A stretch of 64,000 bases of DNA from contig JAYWGM010000061.1 in assembly GCA_043778225.1 (NCBI GenBank), forward strand, positions 2,010 through 66,009, given 5' to 3'. Every line of letters starts with the position of its first letter. Within the stretch, counting starts at the first letter, position 1. Below are positions 44,580-54,538 of this stretch, piece by piece. The position numbers and the translations under genes were made by a program. This DNA comes from Deinococcales bacterium (GTDB lineage Bacteria > Deinococcota > Deinococci > Deinococcales > JAAFIG01). The notes beneath the pieces are model-generated. The model was not told the origin of the DNA. It made no database searches and saw nothing but the letters and a program-made list of their open reading frames with translations.

Positions 44580-46055
44580 TTACCAATCACGTTGGCGGTA
44601 CGAAACGGCTTCTGCCAAATGTGACTCGAGAATAAACTCCGCGTTTTGTAAGTCGGCAATCGTCCGCGCCACCCGCAATACACGGTCGTAGCCACGACCA
44701 GACAAACCCATTTGCTTGGCAGCCGCCCGAATAAAATTTTCTGGGGCGGTTTCTAAATGGGCGTGTTTGCGTAGCTTTGCGCCCTGCAAAAAAGCATTGG
44801 CGGTGGCTTGACGGCGCTGCATTTGTTCTCGAGCCGCCCAAACTCGAGAACGGATAATGGCGGTGCTTTCGGATTCTGGCGATTTGGTCAGTTCGTCTGG
44901 GGAAAGTTTTTGGACATTGACCACCAAATCTATGCGGTCTAAAAGTGGTCCAGAAATTTTTGCCAAATAACGGCGTTGGGCTGGGTCGGAAGCATCGCGC
45001 CAATCACCGCTTGGGCTAGGATTCATGGCGGCAATCAGTTGAAAAGCGGCTGGAAAAGTAACACTGGCTCTGGCTCGAGAAATCGTGATTTCGCGGTCTT
45101 CAAGTGGTTGGCGCAGGGCTTCTAAGGCATCGCGGGAGAACTCTGGGAATTCATCCAAAAACAGTATCCCATGATGCGCCAAGCTGACTTCGCCGGGGCG
45201 TGGAATCGTCCCGCCGCCAATCAGACCAGCATCGGAAATCGAATGGTGTGGTGAACGAAAAGGCGCGGTTCGCAACAATCCTTTGGGCATTCGACCAGCC
45301 GCTGAGTGAATCCGTGTGACCTCGAGCGCTTCGGTATTGGAAAGCACCGGACACAAGCCAATCGCACGGCGGGCAATCATCGTTTTACCACTGCCGGGCG
45401 GTCCAATCAGCAATAAATTATGGTGTCCAGCCACCGCAATCTCGAGGGCGCGACGGGCTTGGGCTTGGGCTTTGATGTCCGCCATATCGAGTAAACTGTT
45501 CATATCTGGCACAAGCACTTCGGCAGCGCTTGGCAAAAGGGTCTGGCGACCCGAGAAATGCTGGACTGCCTCGAGCAAACTGCTGGGCGCAAAAACTTCT
45601 ATGCCCTCGAGAACTGCCGCTTCACCAGCGTTGGCGGGGGGCAGCATCACACGGCTGCGTTTTTGTTGCAGCGCTGCTAAGGCAATGTTAATTGCACTCG
45701 AGACAGGGCGTACCGTACCATCCAACGCCAATTCGCCAGCAATCAGGTACTGGCTTAGCACCTCGAGCGGTAAATGCCCTTGGGCAGCCAGCAGCGCCAG
45801 CGCTATCGGCAGGTCAAAACTCGAGCCTTCTTTACGCACATCGGCAGGCGCTAAATTAACTGTAATCCGCGAGGCGGGAAACTGAAACCCACTGTTTTTA
45901 ATGGCAGCCCGTACACGGTCGCGGCTTTCTTGAACAGCCGCATCGGGTAAACCCACCACCGTAAAATTGGGCAGCCCGTGTGCCACATCCACTTCGATTT
46001 CGATGGGAATGGCATTCACGCCAATCACGGCGGCACTAAAGGCTTTGGCTAACAA
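44580..46055 (-). CDS. comM: Mg-chelatase-like / competence protein ComM (YifB family)
   Basis: 491 aa, TTG start. [19 protein letters not shown]-terminal ..[20 protein letters not shown]. Confidence 0.9.
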   Translation of the reverse strand: MLAKAFSAAVIGVNAIPIEIEVDVAHGLPNFTVVGLPDAAVQESRDRVRAAIKNSGFQFPASRITVNLAPADVRKEGSSFDLPIALALLAAQGHLPLEVLSQYLIAGELALDGTVRPVSSAINIALAALQQKRSRVMLPPANAGEAAVLEGIEVFAPSSLLEAVQHFSGRQTLLPSAAEVLVPDMNSLLDMADIKAQAQARRALEIAVAGHHNLLLIGPPGSGKTMIARRAIGLCPVLSNTEALEVTRIHSAAGRMPKGLLRTAPFRSPHHSISDAGLIGGGTIPRPGEVSLAHHGILFLDEFPEFSRDALEALRQPLEDREITISRARASVTFPAAFQLIAAMNPSPSGDWRDASDPAQRRYLAKISGPLLDRIDLVVNVQKLSPDELTKSPESESTAIIRSRVWAAREQMQRRQATANAFLQGAKLRKHAHLETAPENFIRAAAKQMGLSGRGYDRVLRVARTIADLQNAEFILESHLAEAVSYRQRDW

Positions 46056-46092
46056 AAGAACCTCGACATGAGGTGGCTAGTCTAACTTAAAT

Positions 46093-47625
46093 CTACTTGG
46101 CTTTGGCGTTGATTGTTTTGACGGGCTTACTGCTCGAGCTTGGTATCTGGCTGGCATTCTTGGCATTGATTTCGGCTGCCCGTACCGCCACTTGTTTTTC
46201 GACTCGTTGGAGCATAATCCACTGCTGGAATGCACCAATAAAGCCACCGATTACGCCATACATCGTCACACCGCTCGGGAAAGAGAGGTAAATAAAGGCG
46301 AAAACAAATTGAATAATTAGCATTTGCCGAAACATTTCTGGGGTTTTACGGGTGCTGAGCCATGTTGCCAGCACACTCGAAGCGAGGTACAGGACTGGCA
46401 AAATATAAAATGGGTCAGGCAAACCAAGGTCGGGTAGCCACAAGAAACCTTGGTCAAATTCATAGTTACTAAAAATTTTCCATAAAACCAAGAAGACGGG
46501 CATCTGGGCAAAAGCTGGCAGACAGCCCGCCACAGGGTTAATCCCGTTCTGCGAATAGATTTTCATGGTTTCTTCTTGCAGCTTTTGTGGGTCTTCTTTG
46601 TACTTTTCTTTGAGTTCAACTAAAAATGGTTGTAAGGCTTGCATCTCGGCGCTCGAGCGGTACTGCGTCATCAGCAAAGGTGTGATGAGAAGCCGAATAA
46701 TCACGGTTAAAATAATAATCGCTAAGCCCCAATTGCCGACCAGATTATTGACGGCTTCAAATACGCCAATCAAAAAGAGCGATAACTGCCCGAAAATATT
46801 AGGCTGAAACAAACCCGGCAAGGTATCGTGCTTTTCTTGATGCAAACGAACAAGTTCGTTGAAACCACCATAGACTGCAAATTTACTGACGGTGTTACCA
46901 GCCAAGGTTAGGGCAATGCTCGAGATTTCAAGTTTTTCGGCTGCGCCATTGTTGAAGCGCTCGATTTGCCGTGTGCCAACTTTAGCGGGGACTGGTTGCT
47001 CTGGGCGCACCACAATTGCCTGACCATTTGGGTTAATCAAACTGGTGCAGCACTGCAAACTGGCGTAAACAGCCTGTTTGACCTCACCAGCCACAATTGG
47101 CTGGGTTGTCCCAGTCTCGAGGGCTTTGACAGCTGCACGGGTATCGCCACCCAAACCAAAAAACTCAAGCTGATAATTGGCTACGCCACTGACTTTGGTC
47201 TCGAGTTGCAGGGTTAAGCGCCTCGAGTTGATGATATATTTCTTTTCAATGCTGGCATTGCCTTGGGTGTACTTAAAGACAGCCGTTAAAAATGCCCCAC
47301 CATCGGCTGTTTTCTCTAGGTTGGTGACTGGCTTCTCGGTTTTGAACACGCCAACTAAAGGAATTAAGCCCGCTTTCACGCCAACTGGTAAAAGATTTGG
47401 CTTACCTGCGTAGTTGCTGTTGTAATCCGTTCCTTTAACAATTTTTTCGTACCAGCCAACAATTTCGCCTTGGTCATTAAAAGCAATATCCGATAAATTT
47501 CCAACCGCGACGGTCTCGAGTGTCCCGTCTTTGTTGACATCCACCGATTTCCAAGCAGCTTGTAGTGCAAATGCTGGCGTGGCAAATAGCAAAGCAGCCA
47601 ACGCCGCAAAAAATAATTTCCTCAT
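46093..47625 (-). CDS. yidC: Membrane protein insertase YidC
   Basis: 510 aa. Signal-anchor, large periplasmic domain, conserved C-terminal core (..GCLPAFAQMPVFLVLW.., ..FLWLPDLG..). Confidence 0.9.
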   Translation of the reverse strand: MRKLFFAALAALLFATPAFALQAAWKSVDVNKDGTLETVAVGNLSDIAFNDQGEIVGWYEKIVKGTDYNSNYAGKPNLLPVGVKAGLIPLVGVFKTEKPVTNLEKTADGGAFLTAVFKYTQGNASIEKKYIINSRRLTLQLETKVSGVANYQLEFFGLGGDTRAAVKALETGTTQPIVAGEVKQAVYASLQCCTSLINPNGQAIVVRPEQPVPAKVGTRQIERFNNGAAEKLEISSIALTLAGNTVSKFAVYGGFNELVRLHQEKHDTLPGLFQPNIFGQLSLFLIGVFEAVNNLVGNWGLAIIILTVIIRLLITPLLMTQYRSSAEMQALQPFLVELKEKYKEDPQKLQEETMKIYSQNGINPVAGCLPAFAQMPVFLVLWKIFSNYEFDQGFLWLPDLGLPDPFYILPVLYLASSVLATWLSTRKTPEMFRQMLIIQFVFAFIYLSFPSGVTMYGVIGGFIGAFQQWIMLQRVEKQVAVRAAEINAKNASQIPSSSSKPVKTINAKAK

Positions 47626-47683
47626 CTAAGCTCCTTACGCACCCACAAACCAAGAAGTTCCCAAACTCGAGTTTGTGTTTATT

Positions 47684-47944
47684 TCATTCTGGGACATGGT
47701 CTATGCCGCCCGGGTGAAACGGCTGACATTTTAGAATTCTTTTGACCGCTAAGAAAGTACCTTTGACCGCACCGTGTCGCTCTACCGCCACCAACGCATA
47801 TTGCGAGCAGCTTGGATAAAATCGGCAACTCGGCGCACCTTTTAAGGGCGATAAAAACTTTTGATAACCCGTGATGCTCGCCAACATGGCTCGAGCCGCC
47901 AAACTGTGGCGCTTGCTGTCGCGGTTCTTAAAAGGGTCAGTCAT
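47684..47944 (-). CDS. yidD: Membrane protein insertion efficiency factor YidD
   Basis: [46 protein letters not shown]. The track ORF extends through the repeat array to 48007. ATG 47944 is preferred and ATG 47887 is also possible. Confidence 0.8.
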   Translation of the reverse strand: MTDPFKNRDSKRHSLAARAMLASITGYQKFLSPLKGAPSCRFYPSCSQYALVAVERHGAVKGTFLAVKRILKCQPFHPGGIDHVPE

Positions 47945-47950
47945 AGGGGG

Positions 47951-47981
47951 AAAGGTGAAAAGGTTTTCACTTTTCACCTTT
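47951..47981. repeat. Perfect 11-bp stem hairpin built from the GGTGAAAA/TTTTCACC repeat family, between rnpA and yidD
   Basis: AAAGGTGAAAA (47951-61), loop GGTTTTCAC, TTTTCACCTTT (47971-81). More TTCACCTTT-type units run to ~48005. Confidence 0.8.
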
Positions 47982-48003
47982 TCACCTTTCTGCCTTTTAA
48001 CCT

Positions 48004-48399
48004 TCACTTTAACCCTGCCTTTCGCATTGCGGCGTATAAGGCTTTGACGATTTCTGGATAGCGGGCTTTGGCGGCTTCTGGATTGGCAATAATCATCGCC
48101 TCGAGTGGCGGTAAATCCATGCGCCGCAGCGCTTCGCGGATACGGCGGCGGATTCGATTACGAAAAACCGCATTGCCCACTTTTTTGGAGACCACAATCC
48201 CAACAAACAGCCCCTTTTTACTTGGAATCCATTTGAGGCTAAGGCAATGGGCGCGACCGGGTTTACCTTTATTGCGAACACGGCGAAAACGCCAGTCTTT
48301 GGTCAATCCCTCGAGCTTGGTGGGCTTAAAAGGCGCACGAGTGCTACTATTGCCACCAACGACACGAGCCTCGAGCAAGGTCTCTCGAGGCTCAGTCAT
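48004..48399 (-). CDS. rnpA: Ribonuclease P protein component
   Basis: 131 aa. ..[21 protein letters not shown].. is the RnpA RNR motif. 9 nt downstream of rpmH. Confidence 0.9.
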   Translation of the reverse strand: MTEPRETLLEARVVGGNSSTRAPFKPTKLEGLTKDWRFRRVRNKGKPGRAHCLSLKWIPSKKGLFVGIVVSKKVGNAVFRNRIRRRIREALRRMDLPPLEAMIIANPEAAKARYPEIVKALYAAMRKAGLK

Positions 48400-48408
48400 G
48401 ACAAATCC

Positions 48409-48561
48409 TTACTTGAAACGTGGTGATTGAACAGCGATGGTCGAACGACCCTTCGCACGACGGCGTGACAAAACACTGCGACCAGTGGATGTAGACATAC
48501 GAGCGCGAAAACCGTGGGTCTTAGCGCGTTTACGACGATTTGGTTGCCAAGTACGTTTCAT
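48409..48561 (-). CDS. rpmH: 50S ribosomal protein L34
   Basis: Too short for the ORF track. Manual translation: [50 protein letters not shown] (50 aa). Confidence 0.9.
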   Translation of the reverse strand: MKRTWQPNRRKRAKTHGFRARMSTSTGRSVLSRRRAKGRSTIAVQSPRFK

Positions 48562-48604
48562 AATGAACCCCTAATAAACCTCGAACTCTCGAGGCAGCCT
48601 CGAG

Positions 48605-48633
48605 ACAATAGCAAATAAAGTAGTATGGCGCAA
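48605..48633 (-). promoter_or_regulatory. Candidate rpmH promoter TTGCGC-17-TATTGT (minus strand)
   Basis: Read on the reverse complement. The leader contains the hairpin CTCGAGG-CTG-CCTCGAG. Confidence 0.4.
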
Positions 48634-48637
48634 GGGT

Positions 48638-49291
48638 CTAGCCACGCAGGAAACCACCCAAGTCGCCGTCCTCGAGGGCTGGTAAATCCTCCAAAGCCGG
48701 CAGACCAAACTCGAGCAAGAATTTTTCGGTGGTGGCATAGAGCATTGGTCTACCAATCACGTCTTTGCGCCCAACGACTTTAACCAATTCGCGTTCTTGC
48801 AATGTTTCTAAAGTGCTGGAAGCCCCAGCCCCGCGCATCAGTTCAACTTCGCCACGAGTGATGGGTTGCTTGTATGCCACAATCGCCAAAGTCTCGAGCG
48901 CGGCATTGGATAGGGTTGGCAAGGGCGGCGGCGATAAAAGTGGCTCGAGGGCTGGTACAACATCTCGCGCCACAATTAAACGATACCCACCCGCCACAGC
49001 TTCAATGTCAAAACCAAGCGCACTTTCACGAAAACGCTTTTTGAGCATTTCAATCAGTCGGTGCGCCGATTCGGTTGGTAAGCCCAACAAATGCCCGATT
49101 TCTTTGGGTTTGAGCGGTCGTCCAACGGCTAAAAGTGCTGCCGAAAGTACCTCGAGCAAACGAAATTCGACAGGTAAAGCCGATGGGATGTCTGGCGAGT
49201 TCGTATCTGAGTCCTCGAGCAGCAAGTTCGTGTCTAAGTTCTCGAGCAGCAAGTTCGTATCTGAATCCTCGGGTGTGGTGATGTCTGACAT
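48638..49291 (-). CDS. scpB: Segregation and condensation protein B
   Basis: Track ORF 48638..49543 trimmed to ATG 49291 ([11 protein letters not shown]..). ScpB core ..[15 protein letters not shown]..., ..[26 protein letters not shown]... N-terminal 9-aa tandem repeat. Confidence 0.85.
   Translation of the reverse strand: MSDITTPEDSDTNLLLENLDTNLLLEDSDTNSPDIPSALPVEFRLLEVLSAALLAVGRPLKPKEIGHLLGLPTESAHRLIEMLKKRFRESALGFDIEAVAGGYRLIVARDVVPALEPLLSPPPLPTLSNAALETLAIVAYKQPITRGEVELMRGAGASSTLETLQERELVKVVGRKDVIGRPMLYATTEKFLLEFGLPALEDLPALEDGDLGGFLRG
49198..49278. repeat. 27-bp tandem repeat x~3 inside the scpB 5' region
   Basis: Units at 49198-49224, 49225-49251 (3 mismatches) and 49252-49278 (degenerating). 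They encode DSDTNLLLE / NLDTNLLLE. Confidence 0.85.
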
Positions 49292-49310
49292 TCTTTGATT
49301 ATAATACCCC

Positions 49311-49832
49311 ATGAAAAAATGGTTTTTAGGGCTGCTTTTGTGCTTGAGTGGTTTTTCCAGTGCTGCACCTCGAGACATATGGCTGGATTTAACCGCGCCA
49401 AGTTTTACCTTGACCTCGAATAACGGAAAAACTGTGCGGCTTGAGGACTTTCGTGGTAAACCAGTGGTCTTAAATTTCTGGGCTTCATGGTGTGGACCAT
49501 GCCGTGGCGAATTTCCGGGTTTACATACGGTTTGGCAGCGCAATCAAGCCCAAGTCGAGTTTTTGGCGGTGGCTATTTCTGAGGCTCGAGAAACCAGCCT
49601 GAAATTTATGCGCGATAATAAATACACTTTTACGGTGCTGACCGACCCTGAATCTGGTGGCAACACCGAACCAACCAAAGACGTAGCGAATCGTTATGGT
49701 ATCGAAGCCATTCCGACCACCTATTTTATAGATGCCAATGGCGTTGTGCGCCGCACCGTTTTGGGTAGCATGAACACTTTGGATTTTCGTGATTTCTTGC
49801 GTGAAATTGGGGTCAATGACCTTGGTCGTTGA
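49311..49832 (+). CDS. TlpA/ResA-like periplasmic thiol:disulfide oxidoreductase
   Basis: 173 aa. Signal peptide. [13 protein letters not shown]. Confidence 0.85.
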   Translation: MKKWFLGLLLCLSGFSSAAPRDIWLDLTAPSFTLTSNNGKTVRLEDFRGKPVVLNFWASWCGPCRGEFPGLHTVWQRNQAQVEFLAVAISEARETSLKFMRDNKYTFTVLTDPESGGNTEPTKDVANRYGIEAIPTTYFIDANGVVRRTVLGSMNTLDFRDFLREIGVNDLGR

Positions 49833-49897
49833 ACCTTTTGAATTTGGCTTGCGTAAGTTAGTCAACTCGAGCCAAATTCGAGACCTTTGGAGGATGT

Positions 49898-50287
49898 ATG
49901 AAAAAATGGATGCTGGGCTTGGCTGGTCTTTTGGCTGTTTCGGTGGCGCTTGCCCAGTCCGACACAATGGTGAAGTCCAGTAACTATCTGGCGTATAGCA
50001 AGGAAGCCTTTGACAAAGCCAGTTCTCAAAAACGAGTTTTATTTTTTGCCGCCAGTTGGTGTCCAAGCTGTCGGGCTGCCGACAAGAATTTTAATGAGAA
50101 CCTCAAGAAAATCCCCGAGAACACAATTATTTTTAAGACCGATTACGATACCGAAACCACCCTGAAAACCAAATACAAAATTACCCGCCAACACAGCTTT
50201 GTCTTTGTGGATGCAAAAGGTGTTGCCTTAAAATCATGGGCTGGCGGCGGTATCGAAGAATTGTTGGTCAACACCACGACCAAGTAA
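49898..50287 (+). CDS. Secreted thioredoxin-fold protein
   Basis: 129 aa, GGAGGA RBS. Signal peptide. FFAASWCPSCRA. Confidence 0.8.
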   Translation: MKKWMLGLAGLLAVSVALAQSDTMVKSSNYLAYSKEAFDKASSQKRVLFFAASWCPSCRAADKNFNENLKKIPENTIIFKTDYDTETTLKTKYKITRQHSFVFVDAKGVALKSWAGGGIEELLVNTTTK

Positions 50288-50345
50288 ATTCACCCAGCCA
50301 AGGAGCGGGTGGCTCGAGTCACCCGCCTTTTTTTATTGGAGTCTG

Positions 50346-51092
50346 ATGCTCACCACGACATTCTTTGCATTTTTATCTGGGATTTTGACCGTCGCTTCGC
50401 CTTGTGTACTACCAGTTTTGCCGTTTTTGCTGTCGGGTTCAATTGGTGGAAAATCGCGCCCTTACGGCATCATTGCTGGGTTTATTGCTTCGTTTACCAT
50501 TTTTACGCTTTTCCTCTCGAGCATTGTTCAAGTGCTAGGCGTTTCGCCAGATGCCCTGCGCTTGGTCAGCATTGGTTTGCTATTGATTTTTGGGCTGGTG
50601 CTGTGTGTCCCGCAATTGCACACCATCTACGAGCGTTACTCGAGTCAAGCGATGGGTGGGTTAAGTAGCCTTGGACAAGGTAAAAATAATGGTTTTGGCG
50701 GTGGTATTATGGTTGGGGCGACCCTTGGTTTACTCTGGACTCCATGTGTTGGTCCGATTATGGCGAGCGTGATTACTTTAGCGCTGTCCAATGCAGTCAC
50801 GGCTCAGGCTTTTATTGTCACTTTGGGCTTTTCGATAGGCACAGCTATTCCAATGCTGGCGGTGATGCTTGGTGGTCGCAAATTATTAACTCGATTTAGT
50901 GGACTGATGAATAACTTAGGCAAAGTACAACAAGTTTTTGGCGTGGTGTTGGTAATTTTTGCAATCGGTACAGCCTTTAACTTAGACCGAGCCTTTCAGA
51001 CATGGGTGCTGGATACTTTTCCAGCTTACTCGGATTTTTTGGTCAGTTTAGAAGGCGCAGCCCCAGAAAAAGGTGTTCTCGAGCCAAAATAG
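50346..51092 (+). CDS. ccdA: Cytochrome c biogenesis / thiol-reductant transfer membrane protein CcdA (DsbD-like)
   Basis: 248 aa polytopic. Conserved Cys in ASPCVLPV and WTPCVGP. Confidence 0.85.
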   Translation: MLTTTFFAFLSGILTVASPCVLPVLPFLLSGSIGGKSRPYGIIAGFIASFTIFTLFLSSIVQVLGVSPDALRLVSIGLLLIFGLVLCVPQLHTIYERYSSQAMGGLSSLGQGKNNGFGGGIMVGATLGLLWTPCVGPIMASVITLALSNAVTAQAFIVTLGFSIGTAIPMLAVMLGGRKLLTRFSGLMNNLGKVQQVFGVVLVIFAIGTAFNLDRAFQTWVLDTFPAYSDFLVSLEGAAPEKGVLEPK

Positions 51093-54000
51093 ATAAACAC
51101 CTGCTCAAGTTGCTGCAAGCGCAAAGGTAAATCAAGTTGCTGCGCTAACCCAAAGGCTTGCTCGAGGCATTTTAGGGCGGCTTTTGGTTTTTTCTGGGTG
51201 TGTAAAACTTCGGCTTGAGCAGCCAAAATTTCGAGTTGCCACCTTGAATTATCAGGTTCAAGCAACTTGAGTTCGCAGATGCGTTGCTCAGCTAGGGCGC
51301 TGTGGTTGCCTAAACACAATGCCCGTAGCTCGAGCCAATGGGGTGTCCAGCGTGTCCAGCCGTGCAGGGCTTCATTTTTACGAATTTCGGCTGCCAACAG
51401 GGCATTTTCTAAGGCACTACCGCCATTGCCAAGCTGCATCCAGATGGCGCTTTCCAAACTGGCAATCGCGGCTTTGAACTGCATGGCATCAAAAGGCATG
51501 ACTTGCAGCACTGCTTTTTTGGCGTGTGTCAGGGCTTCTAGGGCGGCGCTGTGGTTGTGCTGCAAAAAAAATAAATTGGCTCGAGTCCACCAACTGCGGG
51601 TGTAGGGGGCGGGTCGAGACTGGGCGTGTTCATGAAACACGGTTGGTGTGTTTTGCTCGAGCGCTTTTTCGAGGTCGCCAAGTTCGGCATAGGCTTGCGA
51701 TAGCGCCTGAGCCGCAAAACGCTGTCCAGAACCCCAGCCAATACTCGAGAGGGTGCTAAAAGCATTTTCAGCTTCCTGAATCGCACGGCGCGGTTGCCCA
51801 AGGTAAACACTGGCAATGCCACTGACTGCCCAGCCGTGAGCGAGTGATGCCCTGCCGCCAACTTGCTCAGAAATCGGACGCACTTCTTGGGCAATACTCA
51901 GCACTGCTTGCCAATCTCCAAGGTTTTGAGCCGCAAACAACGCCCCCATCAGGGCTTCTTGCAATAACTCGAGTTGCTGGTTCTGGGTGGCTTCTTTGGC
52001 GGCGGCTCGAGCGCTTTGTCCTGCCGCCAGCCAATCGCCACGTGCGCCCTCCAAATGGTGCTGCGTCAAAAGCGTATCCAAGCGCAAAGCAGTATGGTTT
52101 TGCGTCAGCTTGGCGGCGGCTTGATAGGCTTGGTTGGCGAGGTCAAAATTTGTACCCGCCCGCAACAAGGCTCGAGCCAATAAATTGTGCAGCGCTCCCT
52201 CGAGCCACGACCACTGCCGCCGTTTGGCAAAGCCGATTCCTTCTTCTAGCGCACTGTACAACCCTTCAAAGCGTGATTGTTGGGTTAAAAGCGTCGCAAA
52301 GGTATCAAAAAAAGCAATCAACTGGGCTTCTTGGAGTTGTACCACATCAGATATTGCCCGCAACGCCAAAAGTGCATTCTGATGATGCTCGAGGGCTTCG
52401 GTGTAGGCATAGACCTCAACGGCTTGTGCGCCAGCTTTGGCACTCCAGTGCAGTACCGCCTCTGGCTTGGCTGCGCCAATCGCATGAAAAGCCAGTACCG
52501 CCGCATTGACTTTGTTGTTCTCGAGGGCGCTCAGGGTACGCTGATGTAACCACCTGCGGGTCACAAGTGGCATATTGAGACGCAGGGTTTCTAAAACCAA
52601 GTCGTGGCTAAAGCGCATATCGAGCATTAAGCCACTTTGCTGCAATTCGTCTATTGGCTCGAGTAATTCTAATTCGCGCACTTCCAAAATCTGGGCTGCC
52701 AAAACCAAACCAAATTCGCCTTCGGTAATGGCTGCCACCCGTGCCACATCTCGAGCCGGTTTAGAAAGTCGCTCAAGGCGGGCTTCTATCAATTGGGTCA
52801 GTTGCTTATTTTCAAAAATTCCAGCCCGTAAACTTTCTAAGGCATAAAGTGGGTTGCCACCGGTGCGTTTATGGAGCAGCCCAGCTTGGGTGGTGTCTAA
52901 ATTCATGGCACGCAATAAGCTCTCGAGGTCGGTTTCTTCTAAGCGTGGCAATTGAATTTGCAGCAAACGCTGTGCGCCAATCAAAGCGGCAATGCGGCTT
53001 TCTGTTTCGGGGTTTAACTCGGCGCTTCGGGCAGTTGCGACCATCGCTTGCTGACTTTGCTCGAGCAAAAAAAACACAAACTCGAGGCTTGAAGGGTCTA
53101 AAAATTGCCAGTCATCGAGGACCAACAATGCCGACTGACTCGAGATGGCTTCAAAACAATGTAAAAGTGCAGCAAACAAGCGCTGCTTATTTTGAGTTGG
53201 GACTTGGCGAGCCTCAATTTCGGGCAGCAAAATATGCAGTTCGGTCTTGACCCAAGCGGCTAACTCGAGTTGGCTAATTTTATGCGCTCGTAAAAAACGT
53301 GTCACCGCCGCAAAAGGCACGCCTTGGTCGCCCGGACGACCCTCAAACCAAACCGAACGACCACAGGCTCGAGCAAATTCTTTGAGCAATCTGGTTTTGC
53401 CAACGCCCGGTTCACCGCGCAACAAAACCCTTTGTCCAGAGCGCCACGCCTGCTCGAGCCAACGCCATTCTTGGACTCGAGCCACAAACGGCTCGGCAAC
53501 GGCTGCGACCACATCGGTTTGACTTTGGATTTGTTCGGCGAGAAGCATTGTTTCACGGCTTGGGGTCAGCCCTATTTCGTGCTTGAGTTTAGATTCTAAA
53601 ACTCGGTAAATCTCGAAGGCAGCCGTGCGATTGCCTTGGTCAAGCAAGACCTGCATCAGCCCACGGTGCGCCGCTTCGTTCAAAGCATCGAAATTGGCAC
53701 GGCGGCGGGCTGTTTCCAAAGCCGCGACTTCTAAACCTTGATGCTGTTGCTGGGCTAAAAGGCGCGAAAGCAGCACATCAAAATCGGCTCGGGTTTGCGC
53801 TCGGTTTTGCTCAAGCCAGAGGTCAAATTCGGGTGCATCGGGCAATTGTAAATCGCTCAGAAAATCGTTGCGGTATAACCGACTTGCAGCCTCAAGCTCA
53901 GCATCTTTGGGGTTGCGAATTTCTTGGACATCGCAATAACTTGGCAACAACTGAATTTTAGAGCGGGTGGTCTCGAGTACATCGGCTGATTCGCCCAGCA

Positions 54001-54217
54001 CATCGCGCAAATGTGCCAAAACGGTGCGTAAACTCTGTTGACTCGAGATCGTATCGGCTTGGGACCAAAGCATGGCTGCTAAGCGCTCGCGTGAATGCCA
54101 ACCAGACTCGAGGCTTAGAAATGCCAGCAATGCCAAGGCGTGCTTACGGCGTATCTCGATTGGCTTGCCCAAGACCAAGACCTCGGCTGTCCCTAAAAAA
54201 AATAACTCGAGTTGCAC
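51026..54217 (-). CDS. Large SARP/AfsR-like regulator (wHTH-BTAD + P-loop NTPase + TPR-like repeats)
   Basis: 1063 aa, GTG start. The N-terminus ..LGKPIEIRRKHALALLAFLSLE.. and ..AHRGLMQVLLDQGNRTAAFEIYRVLESKLKHEIGLTPS.. form a BTAD. Walker A GEPGVGKTRL. Long helical-repeat C-terminus. Confidence 0.85.
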   Translation of the reverse strand: MQLELFFLGTAEVLVLGKPIEIRRKHALALLAFLSLESGWHSRERLAAMLWSQADTISSQQSLRTVLAHLRDVLGESADVLETTRSKIQLLPSYCDVQEIRNPKDAELEAASRLYRNDFLSDLQLPDAPEFDLWLEQNRAQTRADFDVLLSRLLAQQQHQGLEVAALETARRRANFDALNEAAHRGLMQVLLDQGNRTAAFEIYRVLESKLKHEIGLTPSRETMLLAEQIQSQTDVVAAVAEPFVARVQEWRWLEQAWRSGQRVLLRGEPGVGKTRLLKEFARACGRSVWFEGRPGDQGVPFAAVTRFLRAHKISQLELAAWVKTELHILLPEIEARQVPTQNKQRLFAALLHCFEAISSQSALLVLDDWQFLDPSSLEFVFFLLEQSQQAMVATARSAELNPETESRIAALIGAQRLLQIQLPRLEETDLESLLRAMNLDTTQAGLLHKRTGGNPLYALESLRAGIFENKQLTQLIEARLERLSKPARDVARVAAITEGEFGLVLAAQILEVRELELLEPIDELQQSGLMLDMRFSHDLVLETLRLNMPLVTRRWLHQRTLSALENNKVNAAVLAFHAIGAAKPEAVLHWSAKAGAQAVEVYAYTEALEHHQNALLALRAISDVVQLQEAQLIAFFDTFATLLTQQSRFEGLYSALEEGIGFAKRRQWSWLEGALHNLLARALLRAGTNFDLANQAYQAAAKLTQNHTALRLDTLLTQHHLEGARGDWLAAGQSARAAAKEATQNQQLELLQEALMGALFAAQNLGDWQAVLSIAQEVRPISEQVGGRASLAHGWAVSGIASVYLGQPRRAIQEAENAFSTLSSIGWGSGQRFAAQALSQAYAELGDLEKALEQNTPTVFHEHAQSRPAPYTRSWWTRANLFFLQHNHSAALEALTHAKKAVLQVMPFDAMQFKAAIASLESAIWMQLGNGGSALENALLAAEIRKNEALHGWTRWTPHWLELRALCLGNHSALAEQRICELKLLEPDNSRWQLEILAAQAEVLHTQKKPKAALKCLEQAFGLAQQLDLPLRLQQLEQVFIYFGSRTPFSGAAPSKLTKKSE

Positions 54218-54538
54218 CCAAACAGTCTACCAAGTCTGGCAATTTATGGGTGTCTACTTTTTTGATAGGTGGTGTTTCTAGGCTTTGTGCTATTTAGAAC
54301 AAAGCTAAAAAAGCTGTTTTGTACGAATAAAGCCAATTTATACCAACCAGACCAGAAGTTATTCTTAACAAACCAAGTGCCAAAAGTTGGTCACTTGCTC
54401 GAGTCAGCACAAAGCGCACAGACTATTTACGGGCAAAATTGCTATTGTAAGCGCTTGCAGTGTGCTAATCTGCGCCCGTCGCCAAAATCAGACTGAGTGC
54501 CTTACGCGCCGTGACTTTGGCTAAACCTTGGAGAAATC

